Under the pieces are notes generated by a model that was not told the DNA's origin, made no database searches, and saw only the letters and a list, made by a program, of their open reading frames with translations. A stretch of DNA of 64,000 nt from Heteronotia binoei (taxonomy: Eukaryota). The number at the start of each line of letters is the position of its first letter. Positions within the stretch are counted from its first letter, which is position 1. Positions 37,136 to 51,939 of the stretch are shown piece by piece. The translations under genes were made by a program, and so were the position numbers. The stretch spans positions 40,982,001 to 41,046,000 of the forward strand of contig NC_083225.1 of assembly GCF_032191835.1 (NCBI RefSeq). The letters run 5' to 3'.

Positions 37136-38491
37136 AAATGTTTTGCTATAGTGAATCTTGTATGTATTATAGCCATCGGTGTGATTTACAAAGAAAAGGA
37201 ACGTTGGGCTTTATCCTTGGTTTAACTGCAGCTGCAAAAGTGAAGAACTGCTACTCTTAACCATAAGACTAAAAAAAACTGAGAATTATACTAGTTAATA
37301 TTTGCTATTTGCTGTAGTGTGTACCTGACTTCCCCTCTCTCTGCCTTCATGCAATCAACTGCTATATCCTCTTCCAAACTTCAGTTAAGCTGTTAAGAAG
37401 AAAAGAGCTGAGGCACTCAAGCTTCTTCTGCATTCTCTTCTCTTTGTATTGATCAGTAGTGCTAAAAAGAGATGAGTTAACATAAACCTGAGTAGACTGT
37501 TTAACCTCCCCCCCCCCCCCCTTCTCTCCCTCTCTTCTGGAAATGTAGATGCTATAACATTTGCAGATGAAAAGGTTCATTCTCAGTTTCTAATGTTTAA
37601 GAATGCAAATGAAGCATTTTGTCTCCTCTGTCGCCTGGAGGTGTTATGCAGGAAAACAGAAAGAGGTTTCTAGGATTAGTTCCACAGATCTCTTTTATCA
37701 TGTAAAACCTATGGCTGATTTCAATGCCACTAACTGAAGAAATGCTATATGGAAAAATAATCTATAGAAAATTCTTTACATGTTTCACTTTGTTTCTACG
37801 TTAAAACCACTAAGAAATTTATTACTTAATGAGGACTTTTTCAGTCTGTAGTCTTTCATACTAATTTAGAAGCACTTTCAAGACATTCTGGGAAAGAACA
37901 GTGCCCATAGTGCTGCATGCAGTTTATGGTATATTTTGTCAAATGGAGGTAGACTCCTTTTTGTTTTGTATATTTTAATGTACTTTGTGGCTATTTGTAA
38001 GTTATTCAGTCTGGAATTATGTGCAGTTGAAATCTCCCCTCCTCTCCAAAAGTACAGACTTTCCCATTCATAGTTCTGTTTCTTCTTTATGGTATTCAAA
38101 GGTGAGGTCTCCCATTGGTATTTCAGCATTTTTTTTCAAGTTCTAGACAGCATTGAATTTAGATTTCTTCACTGTATTGCATAACTGTCAATATTTGTTA
38201 AAAACTGTAGTGAAATGCTGGTTACTGCAGATTCAAAAGGGAAATGTGTTACCTGTGTGTATATATTTTCCTCTAAGAACAAAATAGCAGATTCCTTTAA
38301 AATAGTTGCAAAATCAAGATATGTGTTCATGGTAATTCTGTGGTTCTGAAATTATTCTGGGAAAGCCAGAGTTTCCTTAATTAGATCAAGATGTAATGTA
38401 TCTGAAATGTGCATGCACATGAAAGCTTATACCCGGAGTTTAACTTTATTTGTCTTAAAGTTGCCATTGGATTCAAACTTTGTTAGGCAGG

Positions 38492-38685
38492 CAATGTTCC
38501 CTCTAAGCTGTGGAGTCTTGTGAGCTACTGGAATAAAGTTGTGAGCTACTGGCAATAAAATTGTGAGCCACTGCATAAATTACTTGCTCTGGGACCATTT
38601 TTCCTGAGCTAAGACAAAAATGTGTGAGCTAGAGGCTAAAAAACTGTGAACTAGCTCACACTAACTTAGCTTAGAGGGAACATTG
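38492..38685. mobile_element. hAT-type MITE, same family as 180-385, opposite orientation
   Basis: TIR caatgttccctctaagct / agcttagagggaacattg; flanks taggcagg / gtggcagg (6/8). Confidence 0.85.
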
Positions 38686-40790
38686 GTGGCAGGTATGAAG
38701 GAGACTGCTCTCATCCCTTCCACTCATTCCTTTATATCAAATAGCTGTAGGGTATGCTGGGAGTACTCATGGGTGCACCTAGAGTTCATGTGGAGCCATG
38801 GTGAGGAACAACAGCTTGTGTGTACAGTTGTGTGAACAGGGTGTGTACCCTACAACATTTGTATATGCATTTTAAAGCACCTTCCAGAGTCTGAGGTAGA
38901 TGTGGAAGGGGTATTTGTCAGGCAGACTAATATAATAAAACTAGAAGATGTGAAGATCACTTAGTTGGATGTTCAGTTTAGTGGATCCTGATTACTAGTA
39001 TATTCTTGTCTCTTATGCCAGCTGTCTCCTCCGCTTTAAGTTAAGTTTCAAATAAAACATGTTACCCTGTCAGGTATCCTTTATATAGGATTGTGTTGAA
39101 GCTGTTCTTTGCCATTGGAAAAAATCCCACCATTTCCAGTTCTTTATTTACATATTTATTTACTTCATATATACTTTCTCACTCAAAGTGGATAATTTAC
39201 AACAGTGCCTTAATCTGCACGTTTATCAAGTTCATCACTTGATAGATGGCTTCAGTATTACATAGTGACTTGCATGCTCTGTCTGCTTCTGTTGCCATTT
39301 TCCCCCAGTGGATGAAGGCTTGTGTTTTGTTTGGGTTTCCCTCATTATTCCTTCCATCTTGCCCAATGTTTTAATTAATGTGTTTATGTCTTTGTAGGTA
39401 TTTTATCTCTGTTTTTAATCATTTTTATGATTTTGGTTGGTTTAAATGGCTTTTAAAAGTTATTATGTCTATTTTAATTTGTTAGCCAGCGTGCTGGCTG
39501 TTGTGGGGGCAGAAAGGTAGGATATACATTTTGTAAAATAAAAAAATGTGACTCACTGATCAAAGTATGGATAGAACTTCATTACTTTGGACACAAGGCA
39601 TTTCAGCATTCATTGGTGCATTCAACAGTGAGTAAAAAAGTGATGGTATGGGAATTGTTGAGACATACCGTGGTGAAATTATGGATATTATAGCTGGCGC
39701 TTCATTTATAGGTTGATCTCTATGATTTTGGTAGATGTTTAGTTTAATAATAATACAGGATGATGCCAAGGTGTGACAAATGGTTTATTATTTGACTAGT
39801 TAAAAAGCTTTGCCATGTTAGACAGCTCTGTCTGCTGTTTTTGTAATCAACTCTTCTGTGTTGTTGTGGTCTGTCACTACAGTCTTAGTTAGGTTTTTCT
39901 GTTTGCATTGTTTTTTCGTTCTGTAATTGTTGTTTTATGCTGTGTGATTAAATTGTTTTTTATACTTCATAATATACCCTGAGTCTCATTGAGAATGAAA
40001 ATAAATAGAAAACACATTATCAAGCATGACTGCTCTTACTACTTCTTACCTACTACATAATATTTTTGGTGGAAGGAATTTACTGCGGGGTGGGAAGTGA
40101 AGTATTTTTTTTTAAAAAAGATATATTGAACAGATTTACTGAGAATGATGATGATACCTTATAAACTGTGGTTTAATACGGAGTCAAGCGTTGCAAGGAA
40201 ATGGTTTTTACGTTCTTAAAACAAGTATCACGTTAGGATATTATGCTGTCCTAAGGTGAAATGTGTAAGATTCCATTACTGAGTGTGTCTAGTCTGCAAG
40301 ATGGACTCCAGATATACATTTTATTACATATGTGGTACCAAAATATTTTAAAAGTCCGTCTTGTAAGTCTTGAACGCCTTTGAGAGGAATTTCATTTCCG
40401 TTTTGTGTGAGGCTTATGTTTTAAAGAATGGAAAATGAAATCCTGAACTGCGTTATACATTAGTGAACATACCTTTGTAAGCCACTTGTGGCTCTTTGAG
40501 TCATGAGTTAACTGGCGTTCTCTCACTCAAGGGATCCTGCAAATGTTCTAGCTGAAATACTTTATGACTGTTGGCTATTTTGCCTTGGTCTGGCTTTAAT
40601 TTTTACAAACCGTAATTATGGGAGCTTTGAGCTTGTGTTCCATACAGACTTAACAAGCTCATATACATCTTTAATGTAGTGGTTCAAGTTATGTTGCTTA
40701 CATAAATTTGGGATATTTCCTGAATGAAATTTTGTCATAGTATTTCATTGTTAATGTGAGTAAACCCCTTTGCCCTCCTTGTCCCTTTAG

Positions 40791-40922
40791 GAATCTGAAG
40801 GTGTTGCTTTCGTTGGACCAGACATGCAGGCTATTCAAGCGATGGGAGACAAGATAGAAAGCAAACTCTTAGCTAAGAATGCAAGGGTCAGCACAATACC
40901 TGGTTTTGATGGGGTGGTCAAG
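40791..40922 (+). CDS. PCCA: PCCA coding exon (132 nt, equivalent to exon 7): [44 protein letters not shown]
   Basis: Polypyrimidine tract ending gtccctttag, donor gtaaga. MGDKIESK motif; in frame with flanking exons. Confidence 0.96.
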
Positions 40923-43900
40923 GTAAGAAATTTACAAGCAAAAACTTATATTCCCATTTTGTTTTTCATTTTATAAAGTATATAGTTTGAACATTATTAT
41001 GAACTATTATGGAAATGTCTATTATTTTGGTAGCTGAAGTATTTGTATATTGTATTATGAAGGGGATCTGGCTGTTTAAAGTGGTATTTAGGAGGAATAT
41101 AAGAGGAAAAAACTAAGGAACTGGGCAAGGATCAGAAGTATGTATCAATGAGTGAGGATCACATCATAAAGTAAGAACAACAGAAGCCATCAGGTTGCAT
41201 GTGATGGCAACCCAGCCCATATCTCCAGACAATCTGGGTAAGGGGGTGCATATAGATAAAATAAATATGTGGTGTCCTCAAGAAAGGTGTTTTAGCACTT
41301 TTGAACTGAAAAGTGAACAAGTATAGGAAAAATTTCGGTTTAATTAAACTATCCCTGTATATCATTCCCTAAAAAGCTACATGCATAGAAAAGCTCTGTG
41401 TGGACAGTATTATATTAAAAAGTGTTTTGCTCTGAGGGGGTCAGTCTGTATGAGTTTGATGTGGGCATTGGACCCAGCAGGTGTTGGTGTGCCAGGGGGG
41501 CATGGCCTTTTACATGTGACCCAGGCAATACGGAGTTTTATACAAGTTTCCAGTGACTTTTCTTGAGGGGATACCGTGCTGAATGAATCACAATTATAGG
41601 AGAGCCTGTTTGGTGCAATATGTAGGGAGTCACACGTGGATCAAGGAAAATGTTCAAATCAGTGCTTGGCCATGAAACTCCCAGAGAGGGCTTGGACCAG
41701 TCACTCCCTCTCAGCTGTATTTGCCTTATGGGCAGGTTAAGTAATAAAGAACAAAATAACACTTATACACTTATACAAGTCTTGGCTTAAATATTTAGAA
41801 ACATCGTAGAAGCATTGTCAATTACAATATTTATAAATTTGGGGAAATATGACAGTTGTGGGTCTTGAGAAAGTTAGGTATTCATTCTTTTTTGTTAATA
41901 TTTCATAGATTTACAGTGTAGTCCTTGGTCCTTGGTCTATACACCCACATACACAGATCACACTGAGTTCAATGGGATGTATTTCCCAGTAAATGTGGTT
42001 AGGATTAGCCTAAGTCCTCTTGTTGAAATGCAAATGTATATTTGGGCTAGGATCCAAAGAAATATGCAGTTACAGCATGTTGCTCAGCTTTCTTTGGGCA
42101 TCTGATCTGAAACAGCACCCACCTCTGTTGCATGGGAGTTCAGTTTTGGAGGCTGAGGACAATCTTAGTTTGTGCTTTCACAGTTTTTCTGGAGGAAGAT
42201 GCAGTCAGAATTTGCATCTGGAAGCAAGCCAAGTCCTTGGGCATGTCTAAAGTGATTCTTTGAATCCCAGATAGATCCCAAAGAAAGACACAGCTAGTTT
42301 AAGCTGACCGTTAATCAGAAATGTCCTCTGAATCTATCTGAATAGTAAAACAAATAGGAGCTATTTCAGCAAGTTGGTTTAAATGATTTTAAAGGGTCAA
42401 AAATATATTAACAAGTGACTCTAGCTGGTAGTGTGTGTGTGTATTCTTCTTGGAGCATGTGCTGTTTTCACAAATAGTATGGATTCATTTGGAATTTAAA
42501 ACAGAAATAATTGGTGGTTTCAAATGCTCGCCACCTATGCTGTTTCTGTAGCACTGGCGGTATGTGACTGCTTTGTCACAGAAACTGTGTCCTATTGAGG
42601 TTTATTGTCACAGACATAGAAGCCAATGTAGTGTTCACCGTCATGCATATGCTCTTGGCAGGAGACAGATGGCATTTATAATTCTGCAAAAGTGAATGCA
42701 TTCGATGCCCAAGTAAAAATTGCTTCCTTAAGTGTTCTTAGTTGGCTTTGATATCCCCCCCCCCCAGCAAAATCGTAGACTTCATGTTTTTAAAAGTATT
42801 TTTTTTCCTTTTGGGAGGAGGTGATTCAAAAAGCGCAGTTCTGCCAGTTGTCATGGAAAATTTTCAGTTTGCTTTCATATGGGCTTGTGGCATGCACCAG
42901 TTACTCACTTGTTTGCAGGTAACTAAATGGAGGGAAAATGACCTCCTTTGTTGCTTTTATATTAAAATCCTGTTTAGCAAATATCTGCCTGCATTTGCAA
43001 GAGAAAAGAAATGTAAAAGTTTCTTCCTTGCTTCTAATCGAGGCTCTTCATCAGTCATCACTCTTCCTGCATTTTATTCAAGAGGCTCTAATTGTCTGCA
43101 TTTGGCAGGTTTAACACTTCCTGACAGAGAGGGCTATTAAGGGGAAGTATTCTCGCATAACTGTCACAGACAGGAACAAAGAACCTTCAGACTCAATGTG
43201 TGGAAACCACTAACATTCTTAAATGACCCTTTTCATGCATTTTTTTATCCCTCTGAGCAAAAACTTAGAGGCTGTGTAGGTTGCAAGGTTGTGGAAAGCA
43301 ACAGAGGTGTAATAAAACAATAAACACTGACTTTTATTCTTTCTCCTTTTTCCTCCCTTTTTTTTGTAGACTTATCTATTCCTTAAAAAACAATTGTTGT
43401 TTGGAAAATCTCATTAACAGATGTGCCTGCTTCAAGTTAAAAAAAAGACTTAAAAAACTGATGTTGCTTTCAGGGTTGCTTTGAACTTAACAAGCACCGA
43501 TTTGTGGAGCAGACTAGCTAATGAAAGGAAATTAAATTTTCTGACAACTTCCTGTACCAGCTTCCTTATTCTTCATTGGGTTCTTAGTAGGTACTAAGAG
43601 GATTTTGTTTTATTGTTGGAGGAAAAAAATAGTTAGCCAGGTATGAAAATCTCCAGTGCTTTTGCTCTGTTTTAGGTAAGAGAAAGCTCTGGCCTGAAAC
43701 TTGGAAGTGGGTGGGGGGGGGGGGGGAAGAAAGGCCCTGGATGCTTAAAAATATCAGTTTTCATTTTATTGTTGTTGATTTCAGACTCCATAGATTCAGC
43801 CACACTTAGCAGTAGGAGGTTTGTAGACATTATTGCTGTAGATATAACATTAAAAGGAGTCAAGAATAATGTAAATATTAGCACATTTTGGATGGACTTT

Positions 43901-45081
43901 CAAAGTGGAATGTCACTTAGTAATGCATAGAGAAAATGTAGTGTGTGGGGGAAAGGACATTAACTTCTGGGCAATTGATTTTGTCAACCTTTCATTGACT
44001 AGTCCTCAGGAAAAACGTGAGCTGTGCTGTTTTTCTCTACCCAAACCTGGCCACTTAGAATATTGCATTTTCTAAAGTGAATATACAAATGTGCCATAGA
44101 CTATCAGAAAGATGACTCAGCATATTGTGATGAACAGTCACTCTCCAGGGTTTCAGGCAGTGGTCTTTCCCAGCCCTGCTATTGAAGTCCTTTTAAACTA
44201 AAGTCTCAGGGGTTGAATTGAGAACTGTCCACATATAAAATGTAGGATTAACTGGGTGATTTTCCCTCCTAGCTTGTGTGTAACTTTTTTTTTGGGGGGG
44301 GGTATAATGTACTCAGCCAGGTGTATCCTGGTTCATTTAAATGCTGGCATAAGATTGCTTCTGTTCATACTTGCTGTATCCATACTGAGATATTTTTCCA
44401 CCCATGTTGCCAAGCTTCATGTTAGTTACCTTATGTAACAGGTAGTGACTGTAGTCATTTGCTTCCTACTGTTAAAAATACCAAACTAATTCAGCTCTTT
44501 GATTATTGGAGATTCTGTATGTTTGAAGTATGGAGTCTAATATGTGTTACAATTCCCTTCTGCCTTAAAAAAGAAAAGACACCTGCGAATGCTACATTTC
44601 GATCTTTCAATGAATTCTGTAAGAATTGTGCTGACCCTGAAGCTTGCCCAAACAATAGAGAATCATCTCCCCCTGCTGACTGTATCCAGGAAAACATGAC
44701 ACATCTATACCTGTGGAGACAGGAGTAAGCTGGCAGCTGAGATGCCACAGTATTCTGATGTGTGCTTCTCTGTGAAGCCATCTAAATTCTGTAACCTAAA
44801 TTTTAGCACCCTGAGAAATCCTTCTGTAGTCCTGCTGATTTGTTTTCCTGTCAGTTGCTTCTCCACCATTTACAGCCTTAAGTATTAGGCAATGATGAGG
44901 TAAAATTTACATTCCACTTATGGTATTAATTTTACATTCCTCCGAATGAAGTGGGTCAGAAGGTTGTAAAATCAAACATTAAATGAATCGAAGGAGACAG
45001 TAGTGCAATATATGGCTGCCCTAGAGACATAGTGCAGTTGCTGATGGGATTAATGTTGGGTCTAATTTCCTGCCTTTACAG

Positions 45082-45118
45082 GATGCAGATGAAGCTGTCA
45101 GAATTGCAAGGGAAATTG
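45082..45118 (+). CDS. PCCA: PCCA coding exon (37 nt, equivalent to exon 8): DADEAVRIAREI+G
   Basis: tgcctttacag acceptor, gtaagt donor. Phase 0/1 fits the next exon. Confidence 0.95.
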
Positions 45119-46621
45119 GTAAGTTCTTAAATTGGTTGTGCTGAGATTTGTATGCTTTTCAGAAGACACTTTGGACTAAATTAACTGTGTAATAAGTTGT
45201 CCCTATGGAACAACTGTTTTAATGTTGCTAAATTCTCAGTTGCCTTCGAGACTGTAAGTATCTGAGCATTAAATCTCTTTAAATCTTAATTTTTTAGGTG
45301 TATAAGTAGACTCAGACTGCATGTAGGATGTGAGAGGTAGTAATCAGGATCTTCTTAAAAATAGAGTGGTATTTTCACAAAGGGGAAAAGGAGTCTTTGT
45401 GCATAAGATGCCAAGACTAAGTCAGACTTCTTTTATTGGAGAGCTGACATAAACAAAATTATGCTTCTCTTAATCACTATTGGACTATCTTGTTTTTGCA
45501 TGAAGACTAGTAAGATGCACAGCTTATTCTCCTCTCCTCCTCCCACTTGTAGCCTATTGCCTTGTTTTCTCAAACATGATGCATGACAATTAAATGAAAG
45601 TTTGAAAGTCTGAAAAAGTTTCTTTTACAAGAGCGAGAGATGTCAGCTTTTCAAGGGAGTTCTACAGGAAATGTCTAAGGAAGCTCTTTGGATAGTAGCC
45701 TTAAATTTTGGGCGCTATGACAATTTCCCTTCATTTGCTGAATTTAGAAACTAGTCTCATTCTATGGCTAGTAGTGTGTAGTGGGTAGAATTTTTTTGGA
45801 GCAGATAGGCTTGGGGGAGGCTAGGTTCAAATACCCTGTCAGTTCTGAACGTCAGTGGATAGCCTTTTGCTAGTTGCCGTCTCTTAGCTCAACTATTTTC
45901 CCTTTCTAGTTTGTGTGTGTGGATAAAATGTGTATGGGGGGTTACAAATGATGACTTAAACTCTTTGAGAAAGGAAGCAATAAAAAGGTGATCCATGTCA
46001 ATAGGTAAATATAAGGGTGTGGGGGGAAATTCATTTTAAAAATGTTTTTTGGTGGTTTGTTACTGAATGTGCAGAATTGCTCAGACCCCTCATACAAATG
46101 TTTTGCAACATGGTGCACTCATGTGTGATTTGCTGCATAAAGTTAATGCTATTGTTTGGATGGGAATGACATAGGAAGGCATCCTACAAATCCTGCAAAA
46201 GGTACACATTTGTTGGTGAAGGAAAGTGAAGAAATTTGGGGCAATCCATGACTTATTTACCTGCCACTATAAAAGCTATACATCTGCTGTTAAATTGGCC
46301 GGTACCATGTTATGTTTAAATTTCTGCCCAAAAGAATTACAAAAAGTAAGAGGGCCAGTTTTCCAAGAACAAAGAGCTCCTGTGCATTTTATGGACTGTC
46401 ATATTTTAGAACAGACTACTTATTCAGATAACACTTTTTCCGGATTAAGACTTGGGAAATTATGTATTAGAATACACGCTTTGCACATAAATGATACCCA
46501 GGTTTAGCCACTGGCACCTACAGGTAAAGCGATATCTGGAATCAGGGCAGGCAGTCATCTATGGATAATGGTTTCAGGCTCATTGCAGTTCAGAGTAGAA
46601 AATGCTGGGCTGGCTGGGAAG

Positions 46622-47051
46622 TAGGGTTGTCTTTTCTGGTGTGTGGATAGGGAGGTCCTGCCATTGCATGCTCTTGCTCTAGTGAATGTTAGTGGAAAAT
46701 GTGAGGGATGGAATGGTGGTTGGCGAGGAGATGATGTAACTAGAAATGATGTCATTGCTGTGTAACTAGAAATGATGTCATTGCATTTCTAGATAGATAC
46801 ATCCAAAATTCTATGTTTTTACCATAGAATTTCTAGTGAATGCTAGTGCTTTCAGTGACATGATGACATTATTTCTGGTTATGTGGATGGAAATGACATC
46901 ATCGAGTCACCAAACCTCATTTCATGAGATACTGCCCTTAAAAGACTCCAGGGTACCCTGACCTGGATAGCCCATGCATACATGATCTCTTCAGATCTCA
47001 GAAGCTAAAAAAAGTCTCCAGGGTGTTGCCAGCTGAGGATTGGCAACCCTA
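46622..47051. mobile_element. hAT-type element (TIR TAGGGTTG)
   Basis: tagggttg...caacccta; TSD ctgggaag / ctgagaag (7/8). A related element begins at ~47758. Confidence 0.7.
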
Positions 47052-47529
47052 CTGAGAAGAGGACAGGAGGAAAGCAGAAAGGGATCACAAAGACAGTTGG
47101 GAGTACCTTTGAAGCAGTGAGCAGCATCAACTTGAAAATAAACGTAAAATGGGTGCCAGCAGACCTTGAGCTATAACACTCTTAAAGACACAGTGCACCT
47201 AGATGCCTTTGTGTTAAAGAAGAATTTCCTTGCCATGGGTAGATAGCATAGGATACAGCTGTTTGCAGTTCTGTCTTGTCTTTGTATTGGCTGTACTTAC
47301 AGTTTTCCTTGTAGAAAACTAAGTGACCAAGTATTTTTTCTTGGTAGTAAGTTCCATTTTATTTGCTGTGACTAACTCCCAGAAATTTTTTTTGAGGATG
47401 GCACTGCCAAGTGTTTATACTATTAAAACATAAATATGCCAATTAAAACTAAAAATAATGCATTTTATGTTGTTAAAGTAGCAAGATAGATTTAGGGTTT
47501 TTTGGGGGGGAGGGGGTGTGCATCGGGAA

Positions 47530-47720
47530 GTCATGGTGTCCTCTGGTGACTGACCCCTACTGGGGGCATAAAGGATATTCAGAGAGGTGGCTGAATAAAG
47601 CCTGCCTTGCCTTCTGACTGCTGGTGTCCCAAGGATATCTGCCATCCAAGTACTTGCCAGAGTCAGCCCTGCTTAGGTTCCAAGACCTGAAGAGATTGGG
47701 TTTGTCTAGGGGCTATCCAG
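47530..47720 (-). mobile_element. 5S-derived SINE, same family as 33040-33268
   Basis: gccatccaagtacttgccagagtcagccctgcttag and ggtgactgacccctactgg are reverse complements of the 33 kb copy. Confidence 0.78.
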
Positions 47721-48677
47721 GACTGGGCGTGATATAAGTTTCGATTTGATATGAAATAGGGGTTGCCAGGTTGCATCTTCTTCCCGGCGGGAGGATTTGG
47801 AAGCTATTCTGGGAGGGGGCAGGGCTGTCCCTAATGCAGTGACATCATGTAGAGTGACATCATTGTGTTGAGGACACAGTGCTGGGCACACACACACCAC
47901 TTTCCCCCAACCATTAAAGGGAAGTGTGTGCCACATGTGCCTGCCTTGCAAGCTGCAAATTCACTGCTTGTGGGTGCCATTTGTGCCTACTTTGCAAGCT
48001 GCAAATTCACTGCTTGTGAGGCAGGCATGCACAGCCCCCGCTCTTTTCAAGTGGGGGTGTGGATGACTGTTGGGATAGAGCTTTCTCACCTGCCAGCTGT
48101 CCAGCTTTTGGGGGAGCATGAAAAATCAGAGGATTCCCTACCCCCACCTGGAATCTTGCATCCCTAATAAGTAGATTTCCACCAAATTTTTGTGTGTATG
48201 TTTCCCCTCTCCCATGAAAAAAGGGCTTTTTACTATGGCTTCAGCATTTCCAGAATTTTGATATCTTTAGCGATAGTGATGTGGTGAGGACTTTTGAAGA
48301 ATTCTGGGTGAAATGCCTGCCCTTTTAAAATAGTAGTGCAAAACAGTAATCTAAGGCCTCTCTACCTCAGTCATTCTTTTCTGGCATTGAATCTTTTTAA
48401 AAGCACATACCGCAAAGTAGAAATAAATACTATCTCACACTTTGAATAACAATCCACAGGGGAACGATGGTAATATGAGTGTTCTCAACCCCCTCAAAAG
48501 TTTCAGTTGATAAGACTGATAATACTTTCCACACTGGGTCAGCTGATATAATGGTTTCCATTTTTGCCTGGAGTGTCTAAATATTTTATTGTTTTTGGTA
48601 TTGTTTAAGTATATGATGCTTATTTTTGGGACAGGTGTGTGTGTGTGTATGTATGTATGTATATGTTTGTGTTTACA

Positions 48678-48970
48678 GAGCCCCGTGGTGCAGAGTGGTA
48701 AAGCTGCAGTACCGCAGTTCTAAGCTCTGCTCACAACCTGAGTTCAATTCCGGTGGAAGCTGGGTTCAGGTAGCCGGCTCGAGGTTGACTCAGCCTTCCA
48801 TCCTTCCGAGGTCGGTAAAATGAGTACCCAGTTTGCTGGGGAGGGAAGTGTAGATGACTGGGGAAGGCAATGGCAAACCACCCCGTAAAAAGTCTGCCGT
48901 GAAAACGTTGTGAAAGCAACGTCATCCCAGAATTGGAAACGACTGGTGCTTGCACAGGAGACTACCTTTA
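48678..48970 (+). mobile_element. Sauria SINE, full length, followed by (TA)n
   Basis: Head gagccccgtggtgcagagtggtaaagc; ends gactggtgcttgcacaggagactaccttta. Confidence 0.93.
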
Positions 48971-49311
48971 TATATATATATATATATATAATCAGTGTAT
49001 ATATATTTAATAAATTGCAGTGGTAATATTATGGTTGCTATATTGTAATTCTGTACTTATACCAGTAATACAATTAAATATGTACTGTGACAAGTGATAC
49101 AGTTAAATAGCTTTGCTTTGCTGTTATACTAGGTTAAGTGAATCTGATATGCTGAAATTCAGAGGGTGATTTTCATGTGTAATATAGCTTTTAAAGCATC
49201 CCTTCCCACAAACAGCTAATAAAATAAATCAGTTATCTGCTGTGTTATTGGACATGTGATAACTTGTTGCATTTGTATGACTTACTAATCAAAGTCTGAA
49301 CTTCTGTCTAA

Positions 49312-49407
<96 letters not shown>

Positions 49408-51540
49408 TGAGATGTTATTCAAAACCTTAGTTTTGATGACTGTGGCCCTTCAAAGTCCTGGTAAACCACTGAATGGATCCAAACTGATATCAAATTGCAA
49501 ACTGAAAGGAAAGACTTTTTCCTAATATCCACTAAAGCATATCTTGGCATTGTTTAGGACTGAGGCTTTAGGTTTGTGCATTTTGATAGCAAATCCAAAT
49601 AAATAATGTGATGCAGTACATTAAATAAGACAAAAAGATGGTTTTTGCCTGATTCTTTAGTCAGTTGCTAGTGTGTGCTGCTTTAAAAATATATAAACAG
49701 TATATGTATATTTTGTCTGTATAAAATATTTTCCCCTTAGTTTTTAAGGTGTTTTCTTGACTCATTTAGGTTGAAAACGAATGAATATTGCCTTAGAATT
49801 GGCTTAATAATTTTGAACTTTTTATGAATATATTTGAAACAGTGCCATTATCAAGGCCATACAATATATTCAGTGCTAATCTTTTAATACATATGTCAAC
49901 TGGAAGATTTCACATGTTTTCTTCCTGTGGAATACAAGTGATCACATTCAGTCCAGGCACTTTCATTGATTACACAGACCAAAGAGGAGCCTTGCTAGAT
50001 CAAAACAAAAGTTCATCATGTCCATCATTCTGTGTCCCAAGAGTGGCCATCCAGTACTCCTAGGAAGATTATTAATAGGATGGAAACTGAACAGCCCTCA
50101 CCATTTTTGTTCTGGCATTCAGATGTATACTGCCTCTGGAATAGGGGATATACTGTTTAGCCATCATGGCTATTGAGAAGGCCTACCCTCTGGAATTTGT
50201 TGGAGTCAGAGGTCCTCAAATGTTTTGAAGTGGGACCCACTTCTAAATCTGCAAAGTAACTCCATGCTACTTCCCCCCTTTCTTGTATAATATCAGACAT
50301 CCCACATCAATTAACTTTGAGCAAATTTATATATTATTTTTTGCATTTAGTATTTACAAATATGTAGCATTAATGAATAACTGGGTTTATTTAATCATAA
50401 TTGTTTACATTGTGCCAAGGCATCCACAAATTTATGATTTAGACACCCTGTGATTCCTTCCCCATCTTTTCCCTGTTACTCCTCCTTCCTCTGTCCTTGC
50501 AACCTACCTGTGAGAAATTTGAAACCCACTTTTGGGTCCTGTCCTGCTAGTTTAATCTTTATGCAAAAAATAAAGAACAGTAGCCTAAGTTGCAAAGTAG
50601 TGTCTAAGAAACTTTAATAATAAAACAGTGCATCAAAAATAGATTTAGTGCATTTAATATCAAAGCACTAAAAACAGCAACCTGACCAATAAATCTGAGT
50701 GTGTATTTCTTCAAACCTACTGCTTTACTGCTTAGAACACTAATAAAAAGCATCTGTTCATGGAGCTACTGCTATGTATTTGGATCACATTTCAAAATAT
50801 AGCTGTCTTGTCTTCAGTGGTTTCCATGTATGGTAGGAGTGTCTCAGTTACAAAAACAATTCTCATGTTGTTCAAGGAGAGCTGTGCTTGAGGAAACGTT
50901 TGAATGAACATCTTTTAAAAAGTTCTGAAATGCCTGAGGATCAGCATTTTAACCTTTCTCGTTATTCTATCAGAGACGTCAGAGTAGCCTCCTCAAAGAG
51001 ATATATTTGGGCATATCTACAGAACATGAGAAGACAGGACATGGATTTTTGAAATCTGTTCTGTAAACAAAGATGTAAACGGGAATTATGTTTTTTTTCC
51101 TCATTCATGAGCTTGAGAAAAACATTGTATTTTGTACCCTTCATTTCCCAGCACAAAATTCTTAGTGAATGTCCTTTCAAGATTTCTTACCAGCTGATTT
51201 CCTTAGCTTGCAGAGAGTAGTTCTGCCAGCATCTGATGAGGCAGGCAGTAATTTTTGGAAGCTCATACCCTGTAAATAATTTTTAAAAGATAGTCAGAAC
51301 AGTCCAATTGATATTCTTTCTTTCTTTTTTGTTAAAGGCGAGAATGGCCACACAATTCCCTTGTGTATCAAGTTATAAAATATTTTTTCCTATAATTTAA
51401 TTCCAGTTATTTGTCTCCTATTAGGTGCATGTGGGCCTCCTGAAACTTCAGCTCTCTTTATGGGGTGTTGATCTGACAGGAAGAGGTGTCGATAGCAGGA
51501 ACCCTCCTTGCACAGGGAGGGGTCAGGAACAGGTGGGGAA

Positions 51541-51885
51541 CAGGGCCATAGCCAGGATTTCATGTTTGGTGGGGCCAGCATCAGCATGGGGGGATAGGAA
51601 ATCACCCAGTTTGGCCCTAAACACTTTCTCTGCTTCTCAAGTAAAGCGACAGCCCCCTTCATTTGACTAACTCAGTAAAACCTTCCAACTGCAAGTAGAG
51701 GCCCCCCCCCCCCGGCCAATCTGAAGCCCCTACAGTAGCGGTGTTGCACTTGTTCAGAGCGGCTGCAAGTGGTGGTGTACAAAGGGGACAGATTGGACGC
51801 CCTCCAATGGAGGGGCCATACAGATGGAAGGGGGGTTAAATGGAGTGGCCAAGTCCCCCTGGGCCTCACTGTAGCTACAGGCCTG
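51541..51885. mobile_element. hAT-type element, TIR family of 943-1679
   Basis: cagggccatagcc...gtagctacaggcctg; perfect TSD GTGGGGAA (51533-51540, 51886-51893). Confidence 0.85.
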
Positions 51886-51939
51886 GTGGGGAAGCTTGGA
51901 TCATACCCTTAAATTCTTAAATTACCTAAATAATGTTCA

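Noticed and set aside
39560-39790. Coding-looking stretch near the exon-7 equivalent (possible alternative exon)
   Set aside because: No similarity to PCCA or any family I recognise; stops occur in the forward frames examined.
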